Part shown: positions 12,801 through 26,500 of the stretch, one piece after another
Numbering within the stretch: position 1 is the stretch's first letter
Layout: each line of letters begins with the position of its first letter
Assembly (NCBI GenBank): GCA_977862235.1
Contig: OZ374564.1
Coordinates: 2,294,001 to 2,358,000 of the forward strand
Length of the DNA: 64,000 bases
From: Dudresnaya verticillata
Lineage: Eukaryota
Direction of reading: 5' to 3'
The notes under the pieces: generated by a model
What the model saw: only the letters and a program-made list of their open reading frames with translations
What the model was told of the DNA's origin: nothing
The model's database searches: none
Program-made: the position numbers and the translations under genes

Positions 12801-14737
12801 ACTGCCCCGATAAACACGGATGCCTCGGAGCAGACGACCGCCACCCCGCAGATGCCGCTACCGCAGCTGCGCAATTTCGATGGCACGCCAACGCAGCCCC
12901 CGGCGGCAACCCGCAGTCTTTCCCGCAACTTTCCCGAAGTCGACTTCGACACAGCACGCTCCGTGATCGCCATCTTCGCTTCGCTCGACCCGCACCGGAT
13001 TGCGTTCGTCGCGCCACTCCTCGGCCGCCCACGGTATGGCACCGAGGTCCTCGGAGACGACACGCCACCGCATCAACGATACGCGATCACGAAGCCAATG
13101 CCCCCACGAAGTTGCGCTCCACGCCGTCGGGCGGTGTCGACCACCCCCGCCACAACTCAGCGCCCCTCGTGAAATCCGCAAAGGCGCACCGCGCGCACCC
13201 GGTTGCACCGCGGCACTCGCATTACAGGAGCTGACACCACGACGGACGGACACGGTGAACTATACGTAACTTGTCATACGCGCCTGACGTCATGCTTCGA
13301 GGCCGATGCCACCCGCAACGCGCACTTCGACTTCGAAACCCGCGCCTAACTTGCGACACGGAGCTCACCTGTTATGACGCGCTTTCGCAACGACCACGGA
13401 GTCCTCGTTGTCGCCAAGCGCAATCCTCTCGCATGGCCTCGGCGCCCCATTACGCATACGTTCCGCCCGCACCGATGCGCCCCCGAAGCAGCTCGCCCAC
13501 GACAGCCCCGGAGCTCACGCGACTTGCCCTGCGCGATCATCGCAACACCCGCACAGCTCTCCGAGGAGCGCGTATCCGCAACCCACCCCCCCAAACACGT
13601 TGGCGCGGACGCCTTCGTCTTGAGGAGGGGGCCGTGCACATGAAATTCTGAAGTCTCGATGACCCCGCCATTCGAGAAGCGAAGCTGCGATTTCGAATCC
13701 GTTTTGTCTCCGTGATTCCCGAGGTCTTCGCGGACTCCGAAGTCCGAGTCAATCGCGATCCGCAACTCTCGGTTTGTCGCGGTCGGACCACATCGAAATT
13801 CTGCGCTTCGTATTACATCGTTTGCACACAGGCCACGCCAATTCGTAAATCCGTAACCCGCGACCGGGACGTTCGCTCCTGAGGAGGGGGCCGTGTGGTA
13901 TAGACGCTATCCGCGAAACGGTTCCGTGGTCTACGTGAAAAGAATCGAGAAATACGAATTTCGAAATGACTCGGTGAATGCGCACGCCACGATGGCAAAC
14001 GTATTACAGTGCGCATACTGTGCGCGCGCCACGATGGCATTCGCATTACAGCACGCACGTGATACAAAATCGCTGACACCTCCGGACGAATCCCGAGCCG
14101 ACTTCGTGATCGCGCGCTCCACGATGGCATTCGCATTACAGTGCGCACCCGATACGAAATCGCTGACACCTTCGTGACTTTCCCGTTGTTTCCCGCGCGT
14201 AACGGCACCGGGGCCCACGAGACACGCGCACCTCCGTATGCATCGCTGGCGCACTTTGCAACCGCCACCATACGTGAGGCGACCGTTCGTTGGCACCGAG
14301 GCCGTTACGAATCATTCGAGTACGAACCGTCTCCCGCGTTGACGCGCATTCGTGCTCACGTAGTATTACTTAGCCAGTCGTCTGGCACAACCTCCGAGGG
14401 TTTCCGGTAAGCCACTAGCGCCCGGACCTCGGAGTCTTCGGTAAACGCCTGTTTCTTCGAGTTCAGTGTCTTCGTCTTCGTGACCGCGGATACGGTCGAG
14501 CCTCGCTTTCGATAGCCCCGCGCACCCGGAGTCATCCCCCGGTGATCGATCGCTCGAGTTCTCCCTTCCGCACACGAATACGTCGACACCGTGGTCCTTC
14601 GTGTTGGTCGCTCCGCTCTACCACGCTACCACCCCTTTTCGTTTCTCCGTTAGGCTACGAGGCCATTCGTTAGGCTCCGAGGCCATTCCTTACAGTGCGA
14701 GACTTCCCCGCATCACCGTGGACTTCGTTATACCACA
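9855..14737 (+). mobile_element. Duplicated partial G1 (RT C-terminus, RH, INT, chromo; LTR 13894-14737)
   Basis: Identical to 1632-6514, including the same stops and frameshift. Confidence 0.93.
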
Positions 14738-15659
14738 GTAAGTAGGTTCTGGTAGAATTCATCAGGATTTATTTCACCCCCCGGTAGGTCTTGTTTCTCT
14801 CGGAAATATGGTTTCACCTGCTGACTGTTATACCTCTCTTTGTCTTTGGTATCTGTATTGTCAACCGTAACCATTCTCCCATCGAGTCGAAATCAAGGAC
14901 CCTTTAAGGTCCGAAGCACTTGTTTCTCCATTTCTCTTCCCTTGCAATGAGAACTTCATCTCCCGGAAGATAGATTCGATCAGCTGCCAGAGGAACGCGA
15001 TGTTGTTACGCGGCCAGTACCCTTCGTTCAGAAATAATAGTGTTCATTTCCGTGCGAGCTTCGTTGAGAATGTTCATGCGTTCCTGTTGCGATGGCATGT
15101 TCGAATTGACGATTGGAAATCGGGGGATAATTCCGAATGCGAGTAGGGATGGTACTAATCCATTTTCTCCGATTGTATCATTCATTGCTTTTACACCAAG
15201 CTTAAGGATAGTATTTGGTGATTCTTGAGGGTGATTATGGCGGACTTTGTTATATATTCGTCTTAATGGGCCATGCATTCTTTCTCCTATTTGACTCACG
15301 TTCGATGATGCAACTATAAGACGGGCAATTGCACTGTTACGTTCTGCGTCGGTCGTATAGAGCATATTAGGTAGTCCATAGGCGATTCGGTTGTTATCAG
15401 GATGCTGCTGATATACTAAGCCCTTCAGACTAAGGTAATCGCGGATAATCCTAAATAGTGTGGTCGGGCCTCTCAACACATCCTCATCGTATAAGGTTTC
15501 CACAGGAAAGTCCTCGCGGAGAGCTGAAATGGTCTCTCCGTCAGGTGGCTGTGGGTCGGCTGAAACGTGTACAGCGAGTGCCGCTTTGAGATCCTGCTGA
15601 AAATCCGTGCTCTGGGAATACCCATTTAATTGACTTCTGATGGATGTTAAAGTCACCGT
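14738..15659 (-). mobile_element. Duplicated Copia remnant
   Basis: Copy of 6515-7436. Confidence 0.72.
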
Positions 15660-15839
15660 TTTTTCTTGCCTTTTTGTGTGTTTTTTGTTTTAGACTATCT
15701 CTACTTTGTGTTTTTTTCTATTTGTTTTTTTGTTTTTTGTTTTTGTTTTTTTCGTGTCCTTCCTTCCTTTTTCTTTCCGTCTCTTTTCTCGCTTTTTCCT
15801 CCTCCTTTTTTTTCTTTTTTTGAAGTGTTTAACTACTTA

Positions 15840-16485
15840 CTACTTATAATTGAACCTGGCGGCGAGGTCTTGATTACGAGCGCGTTGTAGCGTATTACTG
15901 TGCTTCTTGCCTATAATATGCTTTTCGTAGCCGTGCTTAGAAATAAAGGACAAATCGCAAGGTTTGCAACAGTGTTTCGCACGCGCGTCGCGGATTCGGT
16001 CGAGTTCCTTGCGATGCGCGATACCGCCTAGGTGGATGGTGTATTGGTGCCGGTTAACAAACCAGCGAACACAGTCCTTGCACTGAACGCGGCGATTTTG
16101 TCGACGGCGAGTCTTCTCGATAGTGCGAGCAGCGCGCAGTATTGTTGAAGACGAGGCAATAGGTAGTGTCTTCAGCTGGCGCTGTGTCTGCTCCGGTTCT
16201 TGATGAGAAGTATTATCCGATTCTGAGTTGAAGATTGAGGTAGAATTAATACTCGTCGTGCCGGCTTGATGCGCTTCTTCTTCTATTAATGGTTGTGCAG
16301 TAGGTACTTCGTAGCTTGATGATGAACTTGACGATTCGATACCGGCCCTCCTGCGTTGCTCTCGAAGAACAGATGGGTCGTTAGAGGCTCGTTTCAAACG
16401 CGCCACTAAAAGAAAATAAAACGTTAGAGTCCCACGTAATTAATTCCTGATAGAGACGCTTTGATACAGCAAGTATCAACTTACT
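15840..16485 (-). CDS. Duplicated double-C2H2 zinc-finger gene
   Basis: Copy of 7617-8262. Confidence 0.7.
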
Positions 16486-17766
16486 GTTTTCTAATACCGT
16501 TTGTTGTCTATGATAGACCAAAAAAATTCTGAGGGTTGCTACTCCAAGGAATACCAGTCAGTGGTTAATTCCTTGAAGAAACAGTAGCCCGAAACAAATA
16601 ATAAAAGAAGTCTTCTTGCGATCGACGTATAATCCGGATTGTCGTCAAATCGGCTTGGGTTTGTCCACGGAGGTGGACGGGTCATGGCGTTGGGATGATA
16701 ACCGGCCCTACTCGACGGTATGTAGTCGGGAGGGGTCGGGGCACACGCGGGGGCCGGTGCGTATAGTGCCGGGTAGATAGCGACGGCGGCCGGTGAGCTG
16801 ACGAAGTTCTGGAGAGGTGCAGTTGGTAAAATTCTTCGTGCCGGGAAGTAGGGAGCTTCCCGGTTCACGGCAACTTTATAGTCCTGTAGCGCTAGGCTTG
16901 ACTGTGTAAAACTAAACGGAGAGGGATAAATTAGAGGGCGCCACCCAGGAATGGGTCTAAACACTACCAAATAGAAGCTATTCCTACAGCGTGGAGTTGG
17001 CCTCGCTGTCCAATGTTTGTCTAAGCGACGGTAAAGTAAACTGCATGGGTGACCTTGCCCATATTCTATAGTGGAGGAGGATAGAGGTATCAATAACACC
17101 TCTGTTTCCTCCTCTTTTTTCTTTTTTTTGACTTTGTCATACCATCTTTGCAAATACCGTTAGAGATAGGATCGTTCCCCTGCTTGCCTGGCTCCTTATT
17201 TCCGAATTTCGAACTGCCTGATCTCCGAGATCACGGCTCGTGATGCCCAACCCAGGATCTTCACCCCACTCTCGCGCGCTGCGCCCGCGCCCTCAACGCC
17301 CCGCAGCCCACCCCGCGGCACCTGCGACGAATGCAGCCTAGACAATGTAGTGCCAGGGGTGGAACAGTATATTGCAATGCAGCTCCGATAACAACAGCAG
17401 AGGAAATAAAATCAAGTTTAGTGTATAGTTGCCTTAAGGGATATATTTTGACTGTCATTTTAGCTAAAACAAACCTTGCTTAGAAATAGAATAGCATTGG
17501 CGGGCAAGAAGAAGGGCATTTAAGCCGCCGCCTCTCGCCACGACTTGCACCAAAAGAGGCAGAACAAAACAGGAGCAACACAAACCACCGACAATAAAGA
17601 CACCCTGTCTTGAACACAAATCGCACTATACGCCCAAGAAACTGGCGTGTGCCCCCTCCCTCACGATTTGACGACACATTCATGAATTAATGAATTGAAT
17701 GAATGAATTCATGAATTCATGAATGTAGTCTAATCATGGGGGGAGCGAAGGCCAGTTTTGTGGGCA

Positions 17767-18077
17767 TGTAGTGCGATTAAGGGAAAACAAAGAAAGCAAA
17801 AAGGGGTGATACGGTGGTAGAGCGGCACGACCGACGCTGAGTACCACGGTGTCAACGAATACGTGTTCGGAAGGGATAAGTGCGAGCAATCGATCACCAG
17901 AGATAATCCGGGTGCGCGAGGCTATTGAAAGCGATACTCAACCGTATCCGCGTACACTAACTCGACGACACCGAGAAACGAAGAAGGGGAAGTTTGAAGT
18001 TTGTAAAATACTCCAAGGTCCGGGCGTTAGTTGCTTTCCAGAAACCCTCTAATGTCGTGCCAGACGACTGGCTAAGT
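17767..18077 (-). repeat. Partial LTR (G1-related), apparently interrupted by G3
   Basis: Copy of 9544-9854; abuts TGTGGTG at 18078. Confidence 0.72.
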
Positions 18078-18693
18078 TGTGGTGTGGTGAATGTGGCGCA
18101 CGGGGGGGCCGAGCTTCTATTTCCTCGCGATGGGCTTCAAGAGCCTCGTCGGCCGACGGACGGTCACCTGAAACGGCTCATTCTCCGTTGGCGCGAACAC
18201 GTCATCGACGACTGGCCTACGGACGCGCGGGCGCCACGACCCCGCGCCGCGCACGCCGATGCACTGTACGGTGCAACTCTGTAGAGCGGATCTGGATGAT
18301 GCATCGGGATCAACGAGGTGTAAGCGGGATGACTGTCAATTTGGCACGGATCCCGATTGAACCCAGATCCGACAGCCGGATCGGACATTGGGATCCGCTG
18401 TAAGGGAAACGCGACTGTAATACGGTGCCAATCGCGATCCGAATCCGGATCGCCTACAGTACTGCACAGGCGCGTCTCTGTAAGATGCATGCGCCGGCTT
18501 ATAGCGGCTGCATTATCCCGGGACCTGTCAGACACACCTCCATGCGACACGCATCCCGGGTTCCCGCGCACTACGTCATGCAGCCGCCGCGCCGCAGCCC
18601 CATAGCATTACTTAGGTACGTCGTCTAGGACGTAGCAGTAAAGCCCCGGCAAGCCGGTTTGAGTCTAGACTTCCCTCCCGCGACAGCGCGCAT

Positions 18694-19350
18694 TGTAGTA
18701 GAATGGCCACGCGGCCAGGTAGAACGAAAACAACCAGGACACCTGTCCTATGGTCAACACTAGACTCGGTAGCTCGGGGAAGAAGGGGTGTTGGTGGAGA
18801 CTTGGGAAAAAGGCACAAAGCCTACGAAAAAGGGGAAAAGGGAAGGGCGGCGCTACCCAGCTCGCGCAGAGCTTCCGTCGTGCGGAGAATAGGCTCGTAG
18901 AGCGCCTGAAAGGGGCAAAAGGTACGGTGAGTCCGTGAATTCCAGAAAATGCACGGGAAAAAGACCCAAACCCACCGTTGGGTTCTATTCAGGAGGCCCC
19001 TGCTACTCAGGGGCCTACTAAGTGTAGCAGAACCGGAAATGCTCTTGCCTCCTATGAGCTATTCTAAGCTATTCTAGCTGTAATTATTATTCTAATAGTA
19101 CTGTTGTCAGTTATAAACACGGATTAGTGGTAGTACCGCGTCGGGCCGCGTGAGCGGCCACACTAAATTACCCAATGGCAATTCGCCATCAAATTTGGTG
19201 CCAGCAGGGACGCCAGCGGGACGAATCATCCTTACAGCACACGGCGCTTGTGCGCGCCTTACAGCTTGATGCGAGTGCACGTCTTACACCTTAATGCGCA
19301 CACATGACTTACAGTGCGCCAGCACTTCTGCTGCGGCTCATTCTTCCACA
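18694..19350 (-). repeat. 3' LTR of G2
   Basis: Direct repeat of 31269-31921; preceded on the minus strand by AATGAGGGGGCCG. Confidence 0.95.
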
Positions 19351-20231
19351 CGGCCCCCTCATTAAAGCTGAGAGACCCGCGAAGCCAGCAAGGCGGTTTC
19401 TATTGGTCCCGTCTTGGGCGAGGTTGAAATCCCAGCGGGATATTGGGCCAACGGCTCACGTGTAACTGCCACCACGGGCGGCCGTTCTGCAACGGGCCTC
19501 AATAGTTACAAATCACTTGGTTCGCCGTCCCAATCTCGACGGCACCCGTCTCGTTATTCCGACGAACGGTGTGCGCTTTCGCGCGGAAAGCCCCAAGCAG
19601 CTGCATACTTCAGCAGCGTCACAGCGGCATCCGCTACAGTTTCGAGTGCACACTCACACTGCTCACCACCATCTCCAACCACCAACGCGCCCTGTGCTTT
19701 CCTTCCCTCTCCAACCTATCGCCACGCGGTGCCGTTTTCGTCTCGACGAGCCGCGGTGGCTGTGCGCGTGGTCGAGCGCCATCCTTCGGCCGTAATCAAT
19801 CGGCCCCTTCGCCTGACATCCACTACCCCACGGCCTTGCCGTTCAGTGTCTTCGAGGAGAAATAGTCATTGTGACTGTGTTGGGCGACGTGTGCGCCCTA
19901 TAGGAGCTAGATTAACAACAGCCATATGGCTTATGGAGCCGCCGGTTCAAGCAACGGTGTGCTAGGACTCGAGGTCGATGAGATGGGCGTGCCCCTCACT
20001 GTCAAGGAGAGCCGCGACTGACGGATGCGTACCGATCTGGCGCACCTGAAAGCGCGAGCTGGCGCTGCTCGTACCGACATCCGCCGTCGCGGAGCTCGCC
20101 AAACCTAACGTCGTACTTGGAATACTCACGCCCGGGCGCGTCTATCCCTACTGACGGGTCTAACCCGTCGCCTGCCCGCCCTCGCGGGTCCGTGGCAATG
20201 GGGCTTAGCGCACCTGCGCTTTCGGCATGAA

Positions 20232-22187
20232 GTGCGCTACACCTCCACGTTATGCGAAAAGCTCAACTTCGAGCTGGAGCAGATGCAGAGCGTGCATGAC
20301 GCTGGGCAGTACGACCTCGGGATGGTTGCGCACGAGCACCCACTGATTCGCAGTGGTAGGGAAAATTGCGCTTACACCATGGCGCGAGTTGTCTGCTGGG
20401 ACGAGACATCGAACTTCAAATTTGCGATGGATAGTCCCCAAACGGCCATGCCGTCAGACTTGGTGCGGTTCGAGAGTCGTAATCGACATCGCACTGGGTG
20501 CTACGTCCCGACACAATGCCAAGAGGTTACCTCTATCCGTCCCGAGTTGTACAGGGTGAAGTACCCTCAAGTTACAGGAGATCATGCGGAGCTCGAGGTA
20601 TCCTACTCCATGCCCGTGGGCACGCCGACCATAATAGCCTATCTTGGCTTGGAGATGATGGACACCAATACAGACGATAACGTCTTGTGGTCTATCTTCC
20701 GCCACGAATGGATAGTCTTGATGACTCAAGTATTCGTATACGAAGCCCGTCGGGGCTTGTTGTATTTCATCAATGCCCCACTTCCTGCGTCCATCCGCTC
20801 CATAGGCTCCGCCGCCTTTACCGAGACTTCGGCTGATGCCGACGATTTGGACCAAATTCTGGTATTTGTGGAACGGATCCGTTGGAGTGGCGTCTCAAAG
20901 CGCAACAGGCACTTGCCTGAGAATACCGGCCACATCACACCGGTATACGATCGCGGCGACTGGGTCGAGTTTGAGGGCGTCAAGTGGCACTCAGTCCTTC
21001 CCGACTACTTAATGGCGCCTCTATCCTCCGAGGGTGAATCTATCCAATTGGATGAAGGCGAACGTCGCACCGGGTACATCAAAGGTTGGGTGAGCGTGCG
21101 TTGGCGCGATGAAGGGCCTAAGTACCCTGATGAGGTACCCCCTTTCGACGACACTGTCGATGGGGAGCCGCAGGGCCCGTACGCTCCAGTGTTGACACAC
21201 CATTACCGTGCTGATGCCGAGATCCGTGATCTATTTGGCCGTCGTGGGTTAGCCATCCGCTTGGCTGCCCATTGGGGCATCTTCTCCCTCAACCTTCGTA
21301 GTCTTGCTGACTGGGTTGAGGATGTATTAGCCGAGTATGAGCCTCACTGGATTGGAACCCCGGGAAACATTGAGCGCCTTCTGGCTCATATGGATAAGAT
21401 GCCCCCGCTTGGGGGCACCGGGGCTAAGGTGGAGCCGAGGGTCCAGGTTAAGGACGAGACTGGTATTCAGTCTACGAGAAAGCCTGGCTCTAAGGTTCGT
21501 CGCGGTGTCGGATATGGTAGGCCGGGCTCTTCAGCCCAAGGCTCTTCTGGAGCCATTCTGGCACCTGACGCTCGTGAAGCCAATGCGGCTGACGCGTCTA
21601 AGATTCCGCGTGAAGAGCCGTCGGCTGGGGTCTCTAGCAAGGGTTTAACTGCCGGGCCGCCGGCTGCGGCAACTATATCGTCCAAGACCGACGGTCCGGC
21701 TCAGCCATCAGCTTCTCGGGTTGGCGTCACTCTGCACTCAGTGCTTCCAGGCAACGTGCCTACGCCTAGCGAGGCGCGACTCGGGCCTTTACAGCCGAAT
21801 CTGCCTGCCACCGGCGAGGCAGTGGAAGTTACGTCAGGGCCAAGCCCTTCAGTGGCGATGGAGGTTACCACGGAGCCGATAAATGAGGCGTCGAAGCCTA
21901 CTGACGACGTGCTCATCAAGACGGAGCTGATCCTCAAGGAGGAGGAGGAGTTGGAGGTCAACGAGGGCGGAGGTGCTACACCTGAAGCAACGCCGATGGA
22001 CGTTGAACTTCCAGCCAGTGAGGCTCGTGGTGCCGCAATGGAGGGCATGCGCCGAGGCCGCGGCCCGCGTCGTGGTCAAGGTCGGCGAATTGTTCGCGAG
22101 ATTCGTCGCATCGTGACGGCACGAGCTCCCGCGGCTCCGAATCCGCCTCTTGACGGCGACGAAGTCATTGACCTTCTCTCAGATTAG
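20232..22187 (+). CDS. Antisense extra ORF of G2 (651 aa open; possibly ~753 codons from ATG 19926), unknown function
   Basis: Long open frame between pol and the 3' LTR, opposite to gag-pol; globular-looking N-terminal two-thirds, Pro/Ala/Glu-rich tail, Arg-rich segment and final VIDLLSD; AATAAA at 22267. Confidence 0.75.
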   Translation: MRYTSTLCEKLNFELEQMQSVHDAGQYDLGMVAHEHPLIRSGRENCAYTMARVVCWDETSNFKFAMDSPQTAMPSDLVRFESRNRHRTGCYVPTQCQEVTSIRPELYRVKYPQVTGDHAELEVSYSMPVGTPTIIAYLGLEMMDTNTDDNVLWSIFRHEWIVLMTQVFVYEARRGLLYFINAPLPASIRSIGSAAFTETSADADDLDQILVFVERIRWSGVSKRNRHLPENTGHITPVYDRGDWVEFEGVKWHSVLPDYLMAPLSSEGESIQLDEGERRTGYIKGWVSVRWRDEGPKYPDEVPPFDDTVDGEPQGPYAPVLTHHYRADAEIRDLFGRRGLAIRLAAHWGIFSLNLRSLADWVEDVLAEYEPHWIGTPGNIERLLAHMDKMPPLGGTGAKVEPRVQVKDETGIQSTRKPGSKVRRGVGYGRPGSSAQGSSGAILAPDAREANAADASKIPREEPSAGVSSKGLTAGPPAAATISSKTDGPAQPSASRVGVTLHSVLPGNVPTPSEARLGPLQPNLPATGEAVEVTSGPSPSVAMEVTTEPINEASKPTDDVLIKTELILKEEEELEVNEGGGATPEATPMDVELPASEARGAAMEGMRRGRGPRRGQGRRIVREIRRIVTARAPAAPNPPLDGDEVIDLLSD

Positions 22188-23544
22188 CTCAGCCAAGTTC
22201 TTAATGGCTTGCGGCATCGAGCCTAATATGGGTTAGAAGCCTATCCCAGCGGCTTAGCCGCTTATCAATAAACCTCGTCTTGTTTGCTTAACCCAACGAC
22301 TTGGTAGGCTTCGCGCCTTCATGTCCTGTGGCACTTCCCATACTAGGGAGACAGTGGTGTACCTTGCCTGTTCGGGCACCGTGGGACAGTCTATTATTGG
22401 TTGACCAATAAGCCTCCACAGCGTCTGTCGCGGCTTGAGAGCGTGACAGCAATGTCAGCAGTTGCTATACAGTAAAGAGCGACGTACTGTAGCGTGTTTT
22501 GGCGCGAAATCCTTCATGGCTGCCAATTGGCCACACCTCTCCACCACCTTGCTGTAGCCCCTCCGTGGGCTTTGGTCTCTCGTTGCAAGCACAATTTGGT
22601 GCCAGCACGCGCATGGCGCCATGCGTTTTACCCATCGCCACTACCACGAGGTAGAGGTTAGCGGCGTCGGCTTCAAGCCCGCGTGGCCTCCAAGTTTTCA
22701 GCGTCAATACGCTTAGCGCTTATTCCCCCCATGTCAATGGGTTCTCACGGGATTCCCCACGGTTGCCCCTACAGGGTGGAGCCATGATACCATCAAGACT
22801 TATGAGTCGGGGTTTGGCGTCTTTTTGCCTTACGCCCTCACGGCGTTCGACCCCATCGTGCCCCATCGGGGTTTGTAGCGTTAAGGTCGCTCCTGGGTAT
22901 TTCAGCCGCCGACAAGCGCCGTAACGCTTACGAGTTATTGTCATAATAAACTATAAGTTAGTCTTCGAGGCTGGAAACCACCCACCTAGAGGGGAAGAGG
23001 CCTCCCTATCTTGTGCCTTTTAGGAGTGATTCCTTGAGGTAGCCAGGTTTTGGCAACTTTACCTCTCAAGGTATTAGCCTTACGAAAGTGTTAGTTGCTC
23101 CTCCGACAAAGGATCGACTCTTAAGTCCAGAGCGTACGCTCGCCTTATCAACATCATCTTACAGAGGTCACCTCCTGATTACATCTATCCGTGTCCATGC
23201 ATCTATCCAGGATCCAATCCTTCTAACAGCTATCCATTTCCACATCTATCCAGAGTCTTGACTCTTCTGTAGACATCTATATTAGCTCATCGTCTTGAGA
23301 GGCTAACCCCTGCTTCCGTGTGCCCAGACATGGGCGAATCCCATACCTAGCCCATAGGCTGAACTCATATAGGCCCGAGGGTGCCCCTTTTGAAACGGTA
23401 CCAAGGTGCTATCTCAGCTCACAAAGATGATATCTCACAGTCGGAAGATCTGACTGCATACAGTATAACTACTGCTTGATTGTGCGTATCCGATGGAGAT
23501 CACTCGTAGGTCCTGCGCGTTACTCAGCGCGGTTATTAATCACG

Positions 23545-26500
23545 CTAATTGTCAGGGAAACGTACCCCTTTTTGGCGGTGGTACCTCGCCACCAAATTTT
23601 GAGGGAGATTCCCTTTTGGCCCCCATGTGTCCTGTGAAGCCGGGATTTGGAACCATCGCACACGATAGAGGTGTGTGTCGGGGTCATAGGAAACGATCCT
23701 TTCGTACACGTGTTCGCGTGGTGGTGCCTTCTTGAAGCGCGAGACTTTGCGGCTTGACGTCCCTTCAGCCACTGTCGGTGCAGGCGATGGCGCGTCCACT
23801 TCGTCGTCCATAGGAGCATTCTCCTGGGGTTGTGGCACAATGGGCGCCGTATGGGCACCGCTAGGTTGCCCATCCCCAAGTGTGTCAGCCAGTCTCTCGC
23901 CTGCAGCACTAGGTGCTTCGGGGTGTGCCGGTTCATTACCGCCTGATGCGGTGTTCATCGGGGGCCCAGTGGCGTTTGTGATGGGCCCGTCCGTTGGCCC
24001 AGTTGGGCTACTTGAAGGTGCTGCACCTGTCTCCGGTGGCAATTCCACTACAGGGGGACTCATGTCTAGGGGTAGCGGCGCTTCGTGTGGCGATGTAGCC
24101 AAAGTGACTCGATCCAAAGAGATTGTTTCTCTATCGCCCTTGATGTCGAGAACCACCACATGGGTTCCTCTCTCGAGAACCTTATATGGCCCAAGGGCTT
24201 TCGGGAACAATTTACTTTCTCTGGCCACACCTGAAGCGTCCTTCACTTTGGTTTCCCGGTCGAGGAATACCCATGACCCAGGACATACCCTCCAGTTGGC
24301 CGGTCGAATGCGGTTATTGAAGTTGGTTTCATAGCGCTTTTGCGCTAGTTTCATCCTAGGTAGAGCCGTATCCATGCGCTTTTCCAGCCGAGCGGTTAGG
24401 CGCTTCTTGACGTTCGTAGCGGGTATCCCGTCAATGTCTACCGTTTCCGCTTGTTCCAATAGTAGGGAAGTCGGCGGATTTGACAAAACCAAAGTCAAAA
24501 GGGGCTAACCCTGTAGCGCGATGCACTGTCGTATTGTAAGCGTACGTGAGCGCTGAGGTGAACTCGTCCCAGTCCCTCTGGTCTTCCGCTATGAAGTGGC
24601 GAAGGCCCGCTAGGATGGTGCGGTTGAACCTCTCGGTTTGCCCATTAGTTTGGGGATGGTATGTCGACGTGAAAATATTCCGAATCCGTAGGATATCGCA
24701 CACGGCGAGGAAGAACTTAGAGGCAAATTGAGACCCATTGTCTGAAAGGACGTAACGGGGCGGTCCATAGATAAAGACCCAATGGTCACAAAACGCCTTC
24801 GCCACTGTATAGGCGGTTACCGTTTTCATCGGTATTGCTCGCGTCAGCTTTGAGAAGCGGTCCGTCATAACCAACAGGAACTCGTTTCCTTTCCAGGAGC
24901 GGGGTAACGGGCCCAGGATATCGATTCCTACGAACTCTAACGGCATGGTCGCCGGGAAGAGTTTCATATGCGAAGCCTGTTTCCGCAACTTCATCCGCTC
25001 TTGCGCGTACTTGACACAATTACGCACTGTGGCGTACACATCCAATGCCATCTCTGGCCAATATACCTGTCTTCGCAGGTTATGGTACGTCCGGGTGCCA
25101 CCCGGGTATCCCGCCATTTCGGGGTAGTGGGCTAGGTGTAACGCCCTTTCCTTAAGAGAACGAGGTATGAGAACCTGTATCACCTTGTCGATATACGACT
25201 TCCGGACTAGGAGCCCTCGTTTGTCCTCGAGATAGCAACCAGGCTTCCCGGCCTCGAGGTTCCTTCGGACCTAGATACAGAATTCATCTGCTTTCTGCTC
25301 ACGGAGCAACTCTTCTGTGGTGATGAGGGATAGTCGCTTTTGTCCAGATTCCTTCTCGGCCACTTGGGCGATGACCACTTCGTCATCCGAATCGGCCTCA
25401 TCGACGGGTTCGATTTCCCATACTTCCAACGGTCGAGTGTTGGGCTCCGGCCGCGACCTATCGCAGGGTTCGTCCCTCGGATCAGTCTCGAGGACTAGAC
25501 ACGGGATCTCCAAGTCCGGTTCCCATGGCGTGAAGCCATACATGGCCAACCGAGATACGGCATCAGCAATCTGATTCTTTTTGCCTTTTCGATACTGTAC
25601 CGTGAAGTCGTATTCTAGGAGGCGTAATCTCCAACGGGCCAGTCGCCCAGAAGCATCTGTCATGCTCATCATCCATTTCAGCGCTTGATGGTCTGTATAC
25701 AGGTCAAAGTGGGACCTTTCTGGATAGTGTCTGAGCAATTGTGCCGCCCAGACCACTGCTAGGCACTCCTTTTTACCTACAGAGCAATGCTTCTCTGCCT
25801 TCGTCAGTCCTCGGCTCCCGAAGCCTATCGGGTGTCGAGTCCGTCTTCTTCGGCGTGAATTAGCGCGTAACCAATTTGGTAGTCGCACGCGTCGGTATCC
25901 ACCGCTAGGGCCTTACCCTCTTATGGCAACCTAAGAATAGGAGGCGCTATTAGCGCTTTTTTCAGCAACCCGAACGCCTCGCGTGGACGTTCATTGAACT
26001 GCGGGAGTTCAAAGCCCACTTCTTTCTGCAGGAGGGCATTGAACGGAGCTGCCACGCGAGCGAAGTTGGGTACGAATCGCCTGTACACGTTGCACAGACC
26101 GACGAAAGACCGTAACTTCTTCTGGGTGGTCGGCTCCCTGAAGCCTTCGATGGCTTGCGTATTCTTAGTCGCCACTTCTAATAAACCCGGACGGATGACG
26201 TGCCCTAAGTAGTCGACACTCTTTGTGAAGAAGTTACACCTCTTAAATTTCAAGGAGACCCCCGCTTCTTGTAATACAGAGAGAATCTCTCTTACATGCG
26301 TGAAATGCTCATCGACAGTCGCAGAGAATACGATAATATCGTCAAGGTATACGAGGCACGATTTCCATCGAAATCCTGACAAGAGGATGTCAACCGTTCG
26401 CTGAAAGGTCGCCGGAGCAGTGCATAGCGCAAAGGGCATCCTGAAAAATTGGAAGCAGCCTGCGTGGCATGTAAAAGCAGTCTTATGCTAATCATCCGGT

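Larger units (their letters stand above)
9851..18077 (+). repeat. 8223-bp tandem duplication, copy 2
   Basis: Same sequence as 1628-9854; ends immediately before the TGT start of the G3 LTR at 18078. Confidence 0.95.
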
